A stretch of 64,000 bases of DNA from assembly GCA_030590485.1 (NCBI GenBank), contig JAUUYL010000001.1:21760-85759 (forward strand), in the 5' to 3' direction. How positions within the stretch are numbered: position 1 is the first letter of the stretch; the number at the start of each line of letters is the position of its first letter. Shown here piece after piece: positions 1-10,137 of the stretch. A model generated the notes under the pieces. The model did no database searches. It was not told the origin of the DNA and saw only the letters and a program-made list of their open reading frames with translations. This DNA comes from Lentisphaerota bacterium. GTDB taxonomy: Bacteria; Verrucomicrobiota; Kiritimatiellia; UBA8416; JAUUYL01. A program made the position numbers and the translations under genes.

Positions 1-150
1 ATCAAAATGATGATATCTGCTAAATTCTTTTTTACCGAATTCATCAAGAATGTAACTCTTCCCCACTTGACGCGCCCCGCGTAATATCAACGGCTTACGG
101 ACAGGAGCACGCTTCCAGGCAAGCAAATCCTTATATATCTTCCGTTTCAT
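1..150 (-). CDS. AAA+ ATPase (AAA_14/DUF4143-type), N-terminal 50 codons only; gene runs off the window start
   Basis: Reverse-strand translation from ATG (complement of 148..150): MKRKIYKDLLAWKRAPVRKPLILRGARQVGKSYILDEFGKKEF..., with P-loop-like GARQVGKS. Absent from the ORF track because it is truncated by the window edge. Confidence 0.55.
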   Translation of the reverse strand, partial: MKRKIYKDLLAWKRAPVRKPLILRGARQVGKSYILDEFGKKEFSRYHHFD

Positions 151-449
151 AGAACAAATCAATCATCATTCTTGACTTTTTGCAAGCAATAAATACGATT
201 TACGATACTTTTTGCAAGCATTTATTCAGGACAAATGATCCTGAACAGCTAATCGATACACCTATCCCAACCTTAAAAAAAGCCCGTTCTGAAAATGCGA
301 TAATCGTTCACGAAGATAACAATGGAAAGGAAGGGGAATTGCGGATCCCACAAGTCTTAATCTGACCCGCATCATCTGCGAAGATCTAGTCCGTCAGCTG
401 ACGGACGGGCGGGCAAAACTCTCCCTATTCATCATTACCCGACTTTCAC

Positions 450-1928
450 TTGCATGACATGTTTAATAAGCATAATGTTTGTCATACATATTACGGAATA
501 AAAGGTTCAATAATGCGCAAGCTGACAATAATCTCAACAGTCCTTCTCGTCTGGATTGCATTCGCCATAACGCGAGAACAGCTGGTTCCATTTAATGCAG
601 ACGACCACAGAAAAACCATTCTGCTCACAGGTGATGAACCCGAATACTTGCTGGCCGCAACAAGTGTTGCCCTCGATTTCGACATGAACCTGCGCAACAA
701 CCTCAAAGAAAAAGACTACACCATATTTCAAAGGAACAAACCGTGCGGGTACGGACATGCCAACCTGAGATATTTCCTGCGAGTTTCGCCGGCCATGACT
801 AATGCATCGCCAGAGGCATGGCTGGACAAACAACTTCTTGTGCACCGTCCGGCGACCAGCGTACTCATTGCTCCAGCAACATGGGCAGGCAACAAGATGC
901 GATGGACATCTTATCTTATTATTTCAACATTCATATGCGCAGCAATGTTCCTCATTCTTTATACAGCCACAAAAGCAGGCGTGTCGCCACCCCTTGCATG
1001 TATAGTCGTTGCTCTAACCGGGTTATGCCCCCCGAGCTTTTACTACGCCAACCAGGCTTATCCAGAATTGCCGGCAGCAATGATCCTTGCATGCACTTTC
1101 GCTCTACTGCTAGTTCCGTCTAGCGCATCACTGACTCTGGCATCACTGCTAATAGCGCTGGTACCATGGTTTTCAGATCGAGCAATTCCGGCGGCCGCCT
1201 GCGCCGCCATAGCGGTTCTATTGATCTGCAAAGACAAAAAAACACTGATTTCTATATTGTCCATTTTTATTATAGGTGCGATTCTACTTGCCGCATACTA
1301 TTTCCGCCGATTCCACGTACCTTTCCCCGTTCATCATAACCCCAGATACGATTCATCACTCACGCTGATCCCGACCGGCCTGCCCCGCGCATTAATAGAC
1401 CGGGGCAGAGGATTGATATGGATGTATCCCGTAATAATCCTCTTGCCTGTGGCATTCACCAAATGGTGGAAATCCAGAGAGCATCAAACATTATGCCTTC
1501 TATCCGTAGCTTCCTTCACACTTACACTACTAGTCATCTCGGCCTTTCCCGACTGGCAAGGCGGCACCTGCCCCGCTGGCCGCTATGGCGTTATCCTACA
1601 ATGGCTCGCTTTGCCAGCGTTCTTAATGTGGATGAAGCTTGGTCTTTCTAGCATCCAGAAGATAATGCTTGCCCTGCCGTTGCTTTACGGCGCAGGTCAA
1701 AGCCTGATTCTATACAGCCATCCAAACTGGTGGTACAGAACATACAACCCCTTATTTGCGCAACCCCTCATACAGCGTTGTTACCCGCTTCTGCCAAATT
1801 TCAAGGAATTCAACAGCACATCAATACTAACAGCTTGTGTATGGGTTGCCGTTTTCGCCATTTATGCATGGCTTGCTTACAACCCAGAGGGCACCATCAG
1901 GAGAATGGAAGAGAAGATCAAAGGCTGA
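450..1928 (+). CDS. polytopic membrane protein, putative GT-C-fold glycosyltransferase (ArnT/PMT-like); the true start may be the ATG at 513 (MRKLTIIS...)
   Basis: 492-aa ORF with many hydrophobic helices. It ends convergently at the stop of the 1929..3566 gene. Confidence 0.45.
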   Translation: MHDMFNKHNVCHTYYGIKGSIMRKLTIISTVLLVWIAFAITREQLVPFNADDHRKTILLTGDEPEYLLAATSVALDFDMNLRNNLKEKDYTIFQRNKPCGYGHANLRYFLRVSPAMTNASPEAWLDKQLLVHRPATSVLIAPATWAGNKMRWTSYLIISTFICAAMFLILYTATKAGVSPPLACIVVALTGLCPPSFYYANQAYPELPAAMILACTFALLLVPSSASLTLASLLIALVPWFSDRAIPAAACAAIAVLLICKDKKTLISILSIFIIGAILLAAYYFRRFHVPFPVHHNPRYDSSLTLIPTGLPRALIDRGRGLIWMYPVIILLPVAFTKWWKSREHQTLCLLSVASFTLTLLVISAFPDWQGGTCPAGRYGVILQWLALPAFLMWMKLGLSSIQKIMLALPLLYGAGQSLILYSHPNWWYRTYNPLFAQPLIQRCYPLLPNFKEFNSTSILTACVWVAVFAIYAWLAYNPEGTIRRMEEKIKG

Positions 1929-3566
1929 TTAGCGCATCGATTCGGGGGCCTTCTTTCGAATCGGCGCCATGAGCGCTTTAGGTATAATAACAAACGCCGG
2001 AAGCAAGAGACACATACTGGTAAACGCATAAAAGAGATGCTGACCCAATGCCATCATTGCGATAGCCGCAAAGTAATAAAGCCACAGCCTGTTCGCCACC
2101 CCGAATACCGCTATCTTGAAAACAGCGATTGACCACAAGACATAAAACAGAAGCATTGGCAAAACTCCATACTCAAAAATCAGATCTAGATACGTGTTAT
2201 GCATATGAGCATAATAAGGCCCGTATGGACGAGGCTGATCCCTGTGATACATCGCCCACTTCCCGGCTCCAGCCCCCTTAAACATATAGTCTTTCCTGCT
2301 TTTATTGACGGCTAATTTCCACATATGCCACCTGACAGGATCCATTTCCCTCAACTTCGCAGCCAGAGCAGAGCTATCTTTGTCCTGAGCAGATTTTGAC
2401 TTCTTTATGCTTTTCACCTTGTTTTTGCTTACTAAAGCTTCTTTAGCTTTCTTTGATCGAGGTGTCGGGCGCTGCTCATCAGGTTGAGATAATGAAAGTT
2501 CGATCAAATGCCTCTTTAACACCCGCCTCAGAAGCGATTTTCGAATAAGAATATCGTTATTCAGAAACCACACCGCAGACAGCGACAACGTGACAACAAT
2601 AATCAAAAACTTAACCCGAAAAAACCCTCGATATAAAGAATGCCATATTCGTGTCTGCCGACATGTCTTTCGAAAACAGCTTATAGCGGCAAAAAATGCG
2701 CCAAGAAGAAGAAACGATATAATTCCCAGAAAAAGTGCCTTCTGAGTCAACGCTACCAAGGGTAAAAGAATTGGGATCCAACACCATTTGTGAACATTCA
2801 ACGCCCTTCCACACCCTATGAAATACCACGGAATACCAATTAACATTACAAATACGGTGTAGGTGACATTAAACCCTGTTCCATGAAACAGTCGGCCGCC
2901 ATACTCTCCAGCATTTGTTGTTCCAAGAAAACGATGTGACTCCTGCCACGGCAGAACATTGATAAGAAGAGTTGCACAGGCAAGCATACACGCCGACACC
3001 CAGAATGCATTCCATATTTTTCGGCTACTGAAGTATCTCCCGCAAATCAACAAAGCCGCAACAACTAACCCTATCAAGGCCCTATCCACACAGTGCCGAA
3101 AAGGAAATATCGACCACACTGCATGCGGACCAATCCAATAGCCAAAGAGCTTCGCTCGGTCATACTGCGCCGTCCTGAAGAATAAATATCCAGCGTCCTC
3201 AGGCCACGACATAAAGAACACCACAGTTCCCGCGAGTGCAATCATCAGGTACTGCCGAAAAGTGAATTTATTAGTAAGTAAAATACGGAAGAAGAACAAC
3301 CACATCATCACCGGCTGCACCCACGCCCATGCTCTGCGGTTTTCGCACATGAATGCAGGGCAAGAAAGAATAATAAGAGGCAAGCACATAGTCGGGCGCA
3401 CGATTAGAATTCCCAACCACAAACAGATGGCTGCAAACCATTCAAGCGGACGAGACTCAACATTCAACAGGCACTGCCCGACAAACAGCGAGCATAACCA
3501 AAGCACAACGACAAGACTATCACGCTGCCTCCATCTCTGTAATCCCATCATGCGCATTTTTGTCAT
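1929..3566 (-). CDS. O-antigen ligase (Wzy_C)-domain membrane protein, WaaL/Wzy-like, with a lysine-rich linker (KKAKEALVSKNKVKSIKKSKSAQDKD)
   Basis: 545 aa and multi-TM. C-terminal motif region GAGAGKWAMYHRDQ...AHMHNTYLDLIFEYGVLPMLLF resembles the Wzy_C periplasmic loop. Confidence 0.6.
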   Translation of the reverse strand: MTKMRMMGLQRWRQRDSLVVVLWLCSLFVGQCLLNVESRPLEWFAAICLWLGILIVRPTMCLPLIILSCPAFMCENRRAWAWVQPVMMWLFFFRILLTNKFTFRQYLMIALAGTVVFFMSWPEDAGYLFFRTAQYDRAKLFGYWIGPHAVWSIFPFRHCVDRALIGLVVAALLICGRYFSSRKIWNAFWVSACMLACATLLINVLPWQESHRFLGTTNAGEYGGRLFHGTGFNVTYTVFVMLIGIPWYFIGCGRALNVHKWCWIPILLPLVALTQKALFLGIISFLLLGAFFAAISCFRKTCRQTRIWHSLYRGFFRVKFLIIVVTLSLSAVWFLNNDILIRKSLLRRVLKRHLIELSLSQPDEQRPTPRSKKAKEALVSKNKVKSIKKSKSAQDKDSSALAAKLREMDPVRWHMWKLAVNKSRKDYMFKGAGAGKWAMYHRDQPRPYGPYYAHMHNTYLDLIFEYGVLPMLLFYVLWSIAVFKIAVFGVANRLWLYYFAAIAMMALGQHLFYAFTSMCLLLPAFVIIPKALMAPIRKKAPESMR

Positions 3567-3632
3567 AATCCCAGTATTGCAAATTACAATATTCTCTGGA
3601 CTAAAGCCCCTCTTTCCCCTACTTTACCCCCT

Positions 3633-4484
3633 ATGGATGATTTATCAATAGCTAATTTCCTCGATATACTCTATCAAAAAAGAAAGACTCTTATAATTGC
3701 TATCCTTTCTCTGGCCACAGTATCATCGGTTCTATACTTCGCCACAACCCAGACCCATTCAGCCTCATGCACTATTAGAAAAGCAGGAAATCACTCACCG
3801 ATTCCCCAGTCAAATCTCTTTTACCGGATTAGAAAACGTGTCATTTCTGAGCGATTAACGCTCACGGTCGTCGCTATCGAAAAACAACTCCATATGATTG
3901 CCAAGCAACTCAATAATGAGACCGATAAAGAATTCTCTATGGCAGCGAAAATCAAGGAGAAAACTTCAATATCCATATCAATCAGCACAAACGCCGAGGA
4001 CGACCGCCCCTTTGAGACGATCAACATGATCGCTAAAATCTATAATAAGCTTGAAAAAGAACACCTCGCCCAAATACTGACTCAGTTAATACAAACAGAA
4101 ATACAATCGATACAATACTCAATTAATCTTTCGACCAAACTGATAGAGGCATTACAATCATCCCCTGATGACGATTTGTCTTCCTCCAAAATCGAGACAG
4201 CACAACTGCGTACATTTGAATATAAACTACAAATATCAGCATATGAAGACTTCCTGAAATCTTTAGACAAAATTAACAGCCAAGCAGAAGCAGGCACAAG
4301 CTCAACTTTTATGGGTACGATTGCAACTGCAGCACTTGAACCAAACTATACCTTCTCGGAGCCATACTTTCCCGAAAAAAGCAATCCATACGTTATTTTA
4401 ATGCTGATACTTTTTGCCTCAAGCTTTATCGGTTCGCTTGTAGTTGTCGCGTCAACGATTCTATCGAATGGCCCCGACGAGTAG
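3633..4484 (+). CDS. Wzz/PCP-like polysaccharide chain-length determinant (N- and C-terminal TM helices flanking a coiled-coil periplasmic domain)
   Basis: N-terminus LDILYQKRKTLIIAILSLATVSSVLYF (Wzz-like start plus TM helix). The middle is hydrophilic and helical. C-terminal TM PYVILMLILFASSFIGSLVVVAS. Confidence 0.5.
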   Translation: MDDLSIANFLDILYQKRKTLIIAILSLATVSSVLYFATTQTHSASCTIRKAGNHSPIPQSNLFYRIRKRVISERLTLTVVAIEKQLHMIAKQLNNETDKEFSMAAKIKEKTSISISISTNAEDDRPFETINMIAKIYNKLEKEHLAQILTQLIQTEIQSIQYSINLSTKLIEALQSSPDDDLSSSKIETAQLRTFEYKLQISAYEDFLKSLDKINSQAEAGTSSTFMGTIATAALEPNYTFSEPYFPEKSNPYVILMLILFASSFIGSLVVVASTILSNGPDE

Positions 4485-4500
4485 ACATTTCTCACCCTAC

Positions 4501-5802
4501 TCAGCCACCCCCAGCCTTATTCTTTTTGCTCAGCGCCAGGCTTCCCACACCTGAAAAAAGCCCCACAAACAGCATCATGCTTCTATCTCTGTGAGCTCTG
4601 TTATGAACCATAAAAAACATTACCGACGCCAAAAAGCAGGCATAAATCACATAAGATATCTGTCGCTTCTTCACTTTGCAATAATTAGTCCATAAGGAAA
4701 GCGAGTCAAGTAGAAGAGCAAAAAAGGCAATTACCCCAAAAATCCCAAGCTCATAAGACAGCGCTATATATGCGTTATGAAACTCTGTCCCTTTGTTGAG
4801 CAAGCGTCCAGCACCCACACCCAGACCCAACGGAAACCAATCGCCAAATGACGCCACAGCAACTTTAAACTGCATAAATGGGAAACTATCCGGATTCGCC
4901 AACAGCCGGGTAAAATGGTCAAATCTGCGCATCGCAAAAAACGCTCGGTCCGATCCGCAGGAAAGAAGCGCCGCCATCGAAATAACAATAGCCAACACCG
5001 CACATCCAATATGCAATCGGTACTTTGGGTTCTTCGCTATAGCAAACACGACCAAACACAAAGCCCAAATCAGAACCGCAAGAAGTGCTGTGCGCCGTGA
5101 TGAAGCAAAAACCATAAAAACAGAGGATAACGCTCCCGCCACAAACAATATGTTAATATACTTTTTACGGAGATAATATCCTGAAAAGGTGGCCGTTAAC
5201 CCAAACATGGCAAACGCATAACAGCCCAACTGCCCATTGCGACGAAAAGTGCCTCGAACTCTGAATAGATGACGATCAATGAACCACTTACTATTCGCAA
5301 ACACATAATCATGAAAGACAACAACAAACTCCACAAACATGCTTAGCACGAGTCCTAACAACATGAATCGAAAACACCGTGTCGAGCGTCCCGCATTATA
5401 ACCAACAACCCAATACAAACCAGCCACAACGAGCGCCACACACTCGAGCGCACATAACTGCAAAGCATCCTGAGTATAGGCATGCCTTACAGTAGCCACC
5501 AACATGGAGAATACTATAGCCAGCAGGTAAAACAACCAGGAGAGTCGAATCCGCAGTGTTTTCGCGACAAGAAAAACAAGAAGGGTCAGCAGAACCAGTA
5601 TATCACAAGGAACCATTCTCACCCCTATACCACCTTCAACCGCACCAAATGCCGACTTCATACAGATAAGAGGAAGCGTCAACCCTATGGCAAAACTTAA
5701 TAATACAGATATTGAGTCAACGACAGGCCGCCACCGCGTGGCTGAAAAGAGATTTCGTGCCGATTGACTTGCGGCTCCATTATCTACACCTGCACTGCTC
5801 AT
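4501..5802 (-). CDS. O-antigen ligase/polymerase family membrane protein (Wzy-like)
   Basis: 433 aa and multi-TM. Motif region GTEFHNAYIALSYELGIFGVIAF is typical of the Wzy_C domain. Confidence 0.6.
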   Translation of the reverse strand: MSSAGVDNGAASQSARNLFSATRWRPVVDSISVLLSFAIGLTLPLICMKSAFGAVEGGIGVRMVPCDILVLLTLLVFLVAKTLRIRLSWLFYLLAIVFSMLVATVRHAYTQDALQLCALECVALVVAGLYWVVGYNAGRSTRCFRFMLLGLVLSMFVEFVVVFHDYVFANSKWFIDRHLFRVRGTFRRNGQLGCYAFAMFGLTATFSGYYLRKKYINILFVAGALSSVFMVFASSRRTALLAVLIWALCLVVFAIAKNPKYRLHIGCAVLAIVISMAALLSCGSDRAFFAMRRFDHFTRLLANPDSFPFMQFKVAVASFGDWFPLGLGVGAGRLLNKGTEFHNAYIALSYELGIFGVIAFFALLLDSLSLWTNYCKVKKRQISYVIYACFLASVMFFMVHNRAHRDRSMMLFVGLFSGVGSLALSKKNKAGGG

Positions 5803-5847
5803 ATTCCCACCTTATAAAACACGCAGACACTATGCAACAAAACACTT

Positions 5848-6423
5848 CTAATGGGCAACATCCCTGCGGCACACCACATTGGCAAACGTCAACCATATGA
5901 TCTTGAGATCCAAAAGCAGGCCACGATTATTGAGATAGTACATATCCAAATCTACTTTCTCTGGTATACTTATTTCGTCCCGCCCATGGGTCTGCGCCCA
6001 TCCTGTTATCCCCGGAACAAGAAGATGGACACCGGCCCCTATCCTACCCGCCACGAGATCGTCCTGATTGAACAAAGCAGGCCGAGGCCCGACAAATGAC
6101 ATATCCCGCTTAATGATGTTAAAAAGTTGCGGCAGTTCATCTAAACTTGTTTTACGAAGAAAGGATCCGACGGACGTTAGATGTAAACCTGGATCTTTCA
6201 TCAGGTGTGTAGCTAATTGAGGCGTATTCTGCTTCATGGTTCTATATTTATACATTTTGAAGATTTTGTTATTACGCCCGACTCGATCCGACACAAACAA
6301 GATCGACCCGCGCGACGAGATTTTAACCATAATTGCAACAAGTCCTAATACAGGCAAAACAAGCACACACAAAACGCATGCACACAACACATCCGACATG
6401 CCCTTCAAATATTTGTTATACAT
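5848..6423 (-). CDS. undecaprenyl-phosphate sugar phosphotransferase (Bac_transf domain; small PglC/WbaP-C-terminus-type initiating transferase)
   Basis: Motifs ISSRGSILFVSDRVGRNNKIFKMYKYRTM, DELPQLFNIIKRDMSFVGPRP and GITGWAQ. Start moved to the internal ATG (complement of 6421..6423, MYNKYLKG...) to match the family's length and remove the 98-nt overlap of track ORF 5848..6540. Confidence 0.8.
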   Translation of the reverse strand: MYNKYLKGMSDVLCACVLCVLVLPVLGLVAIMVKISSRGSILFVSDRVGRNNKIFKMYKYRTMKQNTPQLATHLMKDPGLHLTSVGSFLRKTSLDELPQLFNIIKRDMSFVGPRPALFNQDDLVAGRIGAGVHLLVPGITGWAQTHGRDEISIPEKVDLDMYYLNNRGLLLDLKIIWLTFANVVCRRDVAH

Positions 6424-6442
6424 AGAAATCCTCCAAGAAAAG

Positions 6443-7560
6443 TTAAGACAACCCAAGCACGCTTGTGATTTTATCGTTAACTTTATAAACATCATATCGT
6501 TTCTCTGCAATCTCGCGAGAGCAAGAACCCATTGTAGCAATTATTTCCGGCTTAAGAACAAATTCCTCCATTGCGGCGGCCAAAGCACGCGCGTCTCTAG
6601 CGGGAACCAAAAAACCGTTGCGCCCAGCCTCAACCGTCTCCCTACACCCAGGAACATCCGTTGTTACAATGGGTTTAGCCATAGCCATAGCCTCTAAAAC
6701 AGAGCGTGGTGTTCCCTCTCTATACGAAGGAAACACATAAACTGAAGCAGCAAGAATATGAGGCGTGACATCTATCCCTGACCCAAGATAATCTATGACA
6801 TCATGTTGGCGCCACGCATCCAAATCCTTTTCTAAGAACGATGAAGGATTATCATCAAGTGGACCCATCAGTTTAAACGACACATTGTCATACTTCTTTT
6901 TGAGAATTTCCGCTGCTGACACATACTCCTGAACCCCCTTGTCTTTCAACAGACGACTGATCAAAAGAAAGCTAACCTCATCTCCCGACACTTCGCAATC
7001 CGCAGGAGCAAACTTCGCAAGATTGATGCCTGAACCATTGATGAGACACGTCTGCTCGGCCTTAACCAATCTATAATTGATAAATAATTTCATGTCGTCT
7101 TGATTCTGGAAAAAGACCTTTTTGTTATATCTGAAGGCAATCCTATAAAGAAATTTTAGACAGCCCCGCAAGATAAAGCGCTTTAGCGTCTTACCTGTAA
7201 AAACATACCCCAACCCTGTTACATTAGAATAAACATTCTCTACACCGGCTGCATGAGCGCCGAGAGAGCCGTACACAGAGGGCTTTACAGTATAGTTCAG
7301 AACTATATCCGGATGAACTTCGCCAACAATACTTTTAAGCTGCTTGTAGGTCTTGTACTCCTTAAAAGGATTGATTCCGTTTCTTTCCAGAGAATAGTTG
7401 TAACAACTCACACCCAGACTCTCAAGTGAGACGCTCTGATCAAACGACCATTTAGTGTCAGAGAAAGCGGCATACACCTCACAGCCTTTATCCATCAGGA
7501 GCTCTATAAACTCCCTCCGGAACTGCGTAAGAGTAAACTCCACATTTGCAACCAATAATA
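6443..7560 (-). CDS. glycosyltransferase family 4 (GT-B fold)
   Basis: C-terminal EGTPRSVLEAMAMAKPIVTTDVPGCRETVEAGRNGFLV (EX7E-type motif). Likely GTG start at complement 7558..7560 (VKRILLVANV...). The track ORF extends to 7663 and overlaps its neighbour. Confidence 0.8.
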
Positions 7561-7589
7561 TTCTCTTCACGCAGGCACACCTTCGTTCA

Positions 7590-8888
7590 TCATTCACTCC
7601 TACTTTCTTTAGCGCAAGAACTGTTTTTTCGCCTACGTGCAGCAAGAATCGAAACACTCGCACCTGAGGTCAAGCCCAACATCAACATGAATCCGCGGCT
7701 CCTATGAACCCGGTTATGCCCCATATAAACCACAGCAGATAGCAAAAAACAGAGTAGCATACACGAAACCTGATACCTTCCTTTCGCCCGCCATGCTCTC
7801 CACCACGACAAACCCGCATCTATAAAAAGCCAAGAGAACATGGCAAATCCAAACAGCCCCATCTCGACCAGCAATGCCAGGTAAGCGCTATGAAACTCAC
7901 GTCCATCAGCTATAGCCCCCCCTCTTCCAACACCCAAACCAAAGGGAAACCACAGGGAAATATTTTTGCCCGCAGCCCTGAGCTGATGACAGAAAAACCC
8001 ATTCGGATCAGTCAAATCTCTGTAAAAAGCAAAACTGCGTTGGACAAGGTAACTTTGGCTATCGAAACCCATCAGAAGAACCAAGCCGACTAACGAAACT
8101 AAAAGACCAAGCAAGAGCTTCCAGCGATGCTGTTTCTCGATCCAAAAGAACAAGCAACAAATACTAAGTACAGCCCATATGGCGAGCGCCAGCAATCCCG
8201 ATCGTCTCGATGACGCAAAAACGATAAAACATGACAACAAGCCCATAATCACCGAAAACACTTTCATCGTACGCCTCCGAAAAAGCGCCACAGCAACAGA
8301 GAGCATTATACCCGCACAGGACACCCCGTATATTCCCAACTGCCCGCTCCCTCGAAATGTGCCACGAACTCGGCTCGGATTCTTGTCGACAAACCACCGC
8401 CCCATAGGCAAGTAATAGTCATGAAGGACTATTACTCCCTCCCACAAAACGCCAACAGCTATACCAGCAAGATAAATACGCATCAGATACGGCCAACGGC
8501 TGATATTGAAACCCAGGAGCCAATACAAGAATGACATCAGCAGTGCAGCAAACGCTACCCCGCTGTCATTTGCGACAGACACCGACCAGCCACCACGATA
8601 GAAGGCCATAAAGAATGACATCAAAAGCGCAATGCAATAGAACGCGCCCGAGCGCTTAAGCTTGATTCCTCGCGCCATTGCCATCATTGCCAGAGCCATT
8701 ACCACCAGAACATCACCAGGCGCAATACGATTAAGTATAGACGTCGTATACTCAACCGGACCCGAGGCAAAACATACCCCAGGCAAAGATGCGCCGAGAA
8801 GGAACACGACTGCATCCATAAAACAAGAAAGAATAGCCATCCCTCTTGAAGACTCAAATGACACATTACTGTTAAGCTCGTCGTTCAT
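7590..8888 (-). CDS. O-antigen ligase/polymerase family membrane protein (Wzy-like), paralog of 4501..5802
   Basis: Multi-TM. Motif GREFHSAYLALLVEMGLFGFAMF. Start uncertain; the track ORF begins at 8930, and the internal ATG ending at 8888 avoids a 41-nt overlap with the upstream gene. Confidence 0.55.
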   Translation of the reverse strand: MNDELNSNVSFESSRGMAILSCFMDAVVFLLGASLPGVCFASGPVEYTTSILNRIAPGDVLVVMALAMMAMARGIKLKRSGAFYCIALLMSFFMAFYRGGWSVSVANDSGVAFAALLMSFLYWLLGFNISRWPYLMRIYLAGIAVGVLWEGVIVLHDYYLPMGRWFVDKNPSRVRGTFRGSGQLGIYGVSCAGIMLSVAVALFRRRTMKVFSVIMGLLSCFIVFASSRRSGLLALAIWAVLSICCLFFWIEKQHRWKLLLGLLVSLVGLVLLMGFDSQSYLVQRSFAFYRDLTDPNGFFCHQLRAAGKNISLWFPFGLGVGRGGAIADGREFHSAYLALLVEMGLFGFAMFSWLFIDAGLSWWRAWRAKGRYQVSCMLLCFLLSAVVYMGHNRVHRSRGFMLMLGLTSGASVSILAARRRKNSSCAKESRSE

Positions 8889-8889
8889 A

Positions 8890-10137
8890 TCACCGCCCGC
8901 AGGCGCCATGCACCCGATCCAAAAGTTCACCCAGTCGACCCGCCTGATGTTTGCGTGTATATCGGGACACCACCTCTGTCTTGCCGTTATACTTCAAAGT
9001 TCCGCAATCCCGCCATTCAGAAATCCACTTACTGAGAATCGACTTAATCTCATCTGCCGTCCTACCTGCAACTCCACCGCCTGTTTCTCGCAAAACTATA
9101 TCAGTAACCCCGCCATCTCCAGGCACAGATAACACAGGGCGCCCTGCGCCAAGATACTCAAACAATTTTGAACTCATTATGCCTTGAGCATGAGGATATG
9201 CAAGAAATAACAAGGCTTGCGCATTCATCTGCGCCACAATGCTTTCCTCAAAAGATACCCTCCTTTTTAACTTCACAAGCCGGGAGCAAGACCTGTCTCT
9301 AAGCAAGGCCGACAACAGCTTTTTGTTAGATCCGTAAAAAGACAAAGAGAAATTATCTAACATCGATGAATCAGACTCCAAAATATCATCCAGCGCATCA
9401 AACAACAACACCGGACTCGTGCCACCCGCAACACTTCCGCAAAAAACCATGTGGAAGTGGTCCTTGTCTGGCTCAGTATCATCGCTATAATTATCTTCAT
9501 CAAAGCCATTATATATAATCTGCACAGGTTTCTTAGGGTGCCAACTTCTCAATTCATCCCCCAGCGGCTCACTTACCGTAATTAGCGCAGAAGCTGACCT
9601 GCAGGTTGCCATCTGCATACGCATCAACCACCTCAACTCAGTAAATATATTCCGCCCATCAGAACACTCCCCTGGCAAATCCCTCATGTCAGCGACCCAC
9701 GGAACTCCATACTTCCGAGAAAGATAATCGGCAATAATTAGAGAGAAATGGACGGGACTGCTTGCCAGAATCACATCAATATCTCCTTTCCGAATACGCG
9801 CCTCTGCAGCTTTCTTCATTTTTAGGTAAGGTCCACCAGGAAGAAGCTGAGGAAACACATACATCAACACCCTGTAAACAAAGCCCCAAAGACTCCTCTT
9901 GGGAGGCATCACCAGAGGAACGCGAATCATCTCGCACGTATCTTTTCCCTCTAATCCTGGGTCGTAAAACGCAAAACTGTTTCCGGGCGTCGCGTCAACA
10001 CAAGCAACAACAGGCTCCCAGTCAGACTCAGGCAGGTATGTCGCCATCTTTGCCATTCTATGAGCACCTGGGCCACCATGAGGATAAAAGTGCTGATTAA
10101 TCATCAGCACCCTACGTTTACTCTTCTCTACTCCCAC
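8890..10137 (-). CDS. glycosyltransferase (GT-B fold, GT4/GT1-like)
   Basis: 415 aa. C-terminal SKLFEYLGAGRPVLSVPGDGGVTDIV resembles the Glycos_transf_1 nucleotide-sugar binding region. Confidence 0.7.
   Translation of the reverse strand: MGVEKSKRRVLMINQHFYPHGGPGAHRMAKMATYLPESDWEPVVACVDATPGNSFAFYDPGLEGKDTCEMIRVPLVMPPKRSLWGFVYRVLMYVFPQLLPGGPYLKMKKAAEARIRKGDIDVILASSPVHFSLIIADYLSRKYGVPWVADMRDLPGECSDGRNIFTELRWLMRMQMATCRSASALITVSEPLGDELRSWHPKKPVQIIYNGFDEDNYSDDTEPDKDHFHMVFCGSVAGGTSPVLLFDALDDILESDSSMLDNFSLSFYGSNKKLLSALLRDRSCSRLVKLKRRVSFEESIVAQMNAQALLFLAYPHAQGIMSSKLFEYLGAGRPVLSVPGDGGVTDIVLRETGGGVAGRTADEIKSILSKWISEWRDCGTLKYNGKTEVVSRYTRKHQAGRLGELLDRVHGACGR

Noticed and set aside
180-365. 61-aa plus-strand ORF between the partial ATPase gene and the GT-C membrane protein
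   Set aside because: No motif and an AT-rich intergenic context. Probably promoter region rather than a gene.
7561-7663. N-terminal extension of the GT4 gene to the ATG at 7663 (MRVFRFLLHVGEK...)
   Set aside because: The extension would overlap the upstream O-antigen-ligase-like gene by 74 nt and adds a non-GT-like leader. The GTG at 7558..7560 gives a canonical GT4 start (VKRILLVANV) preceded by a GAAGG Shine-Dalgarno-like sequence.
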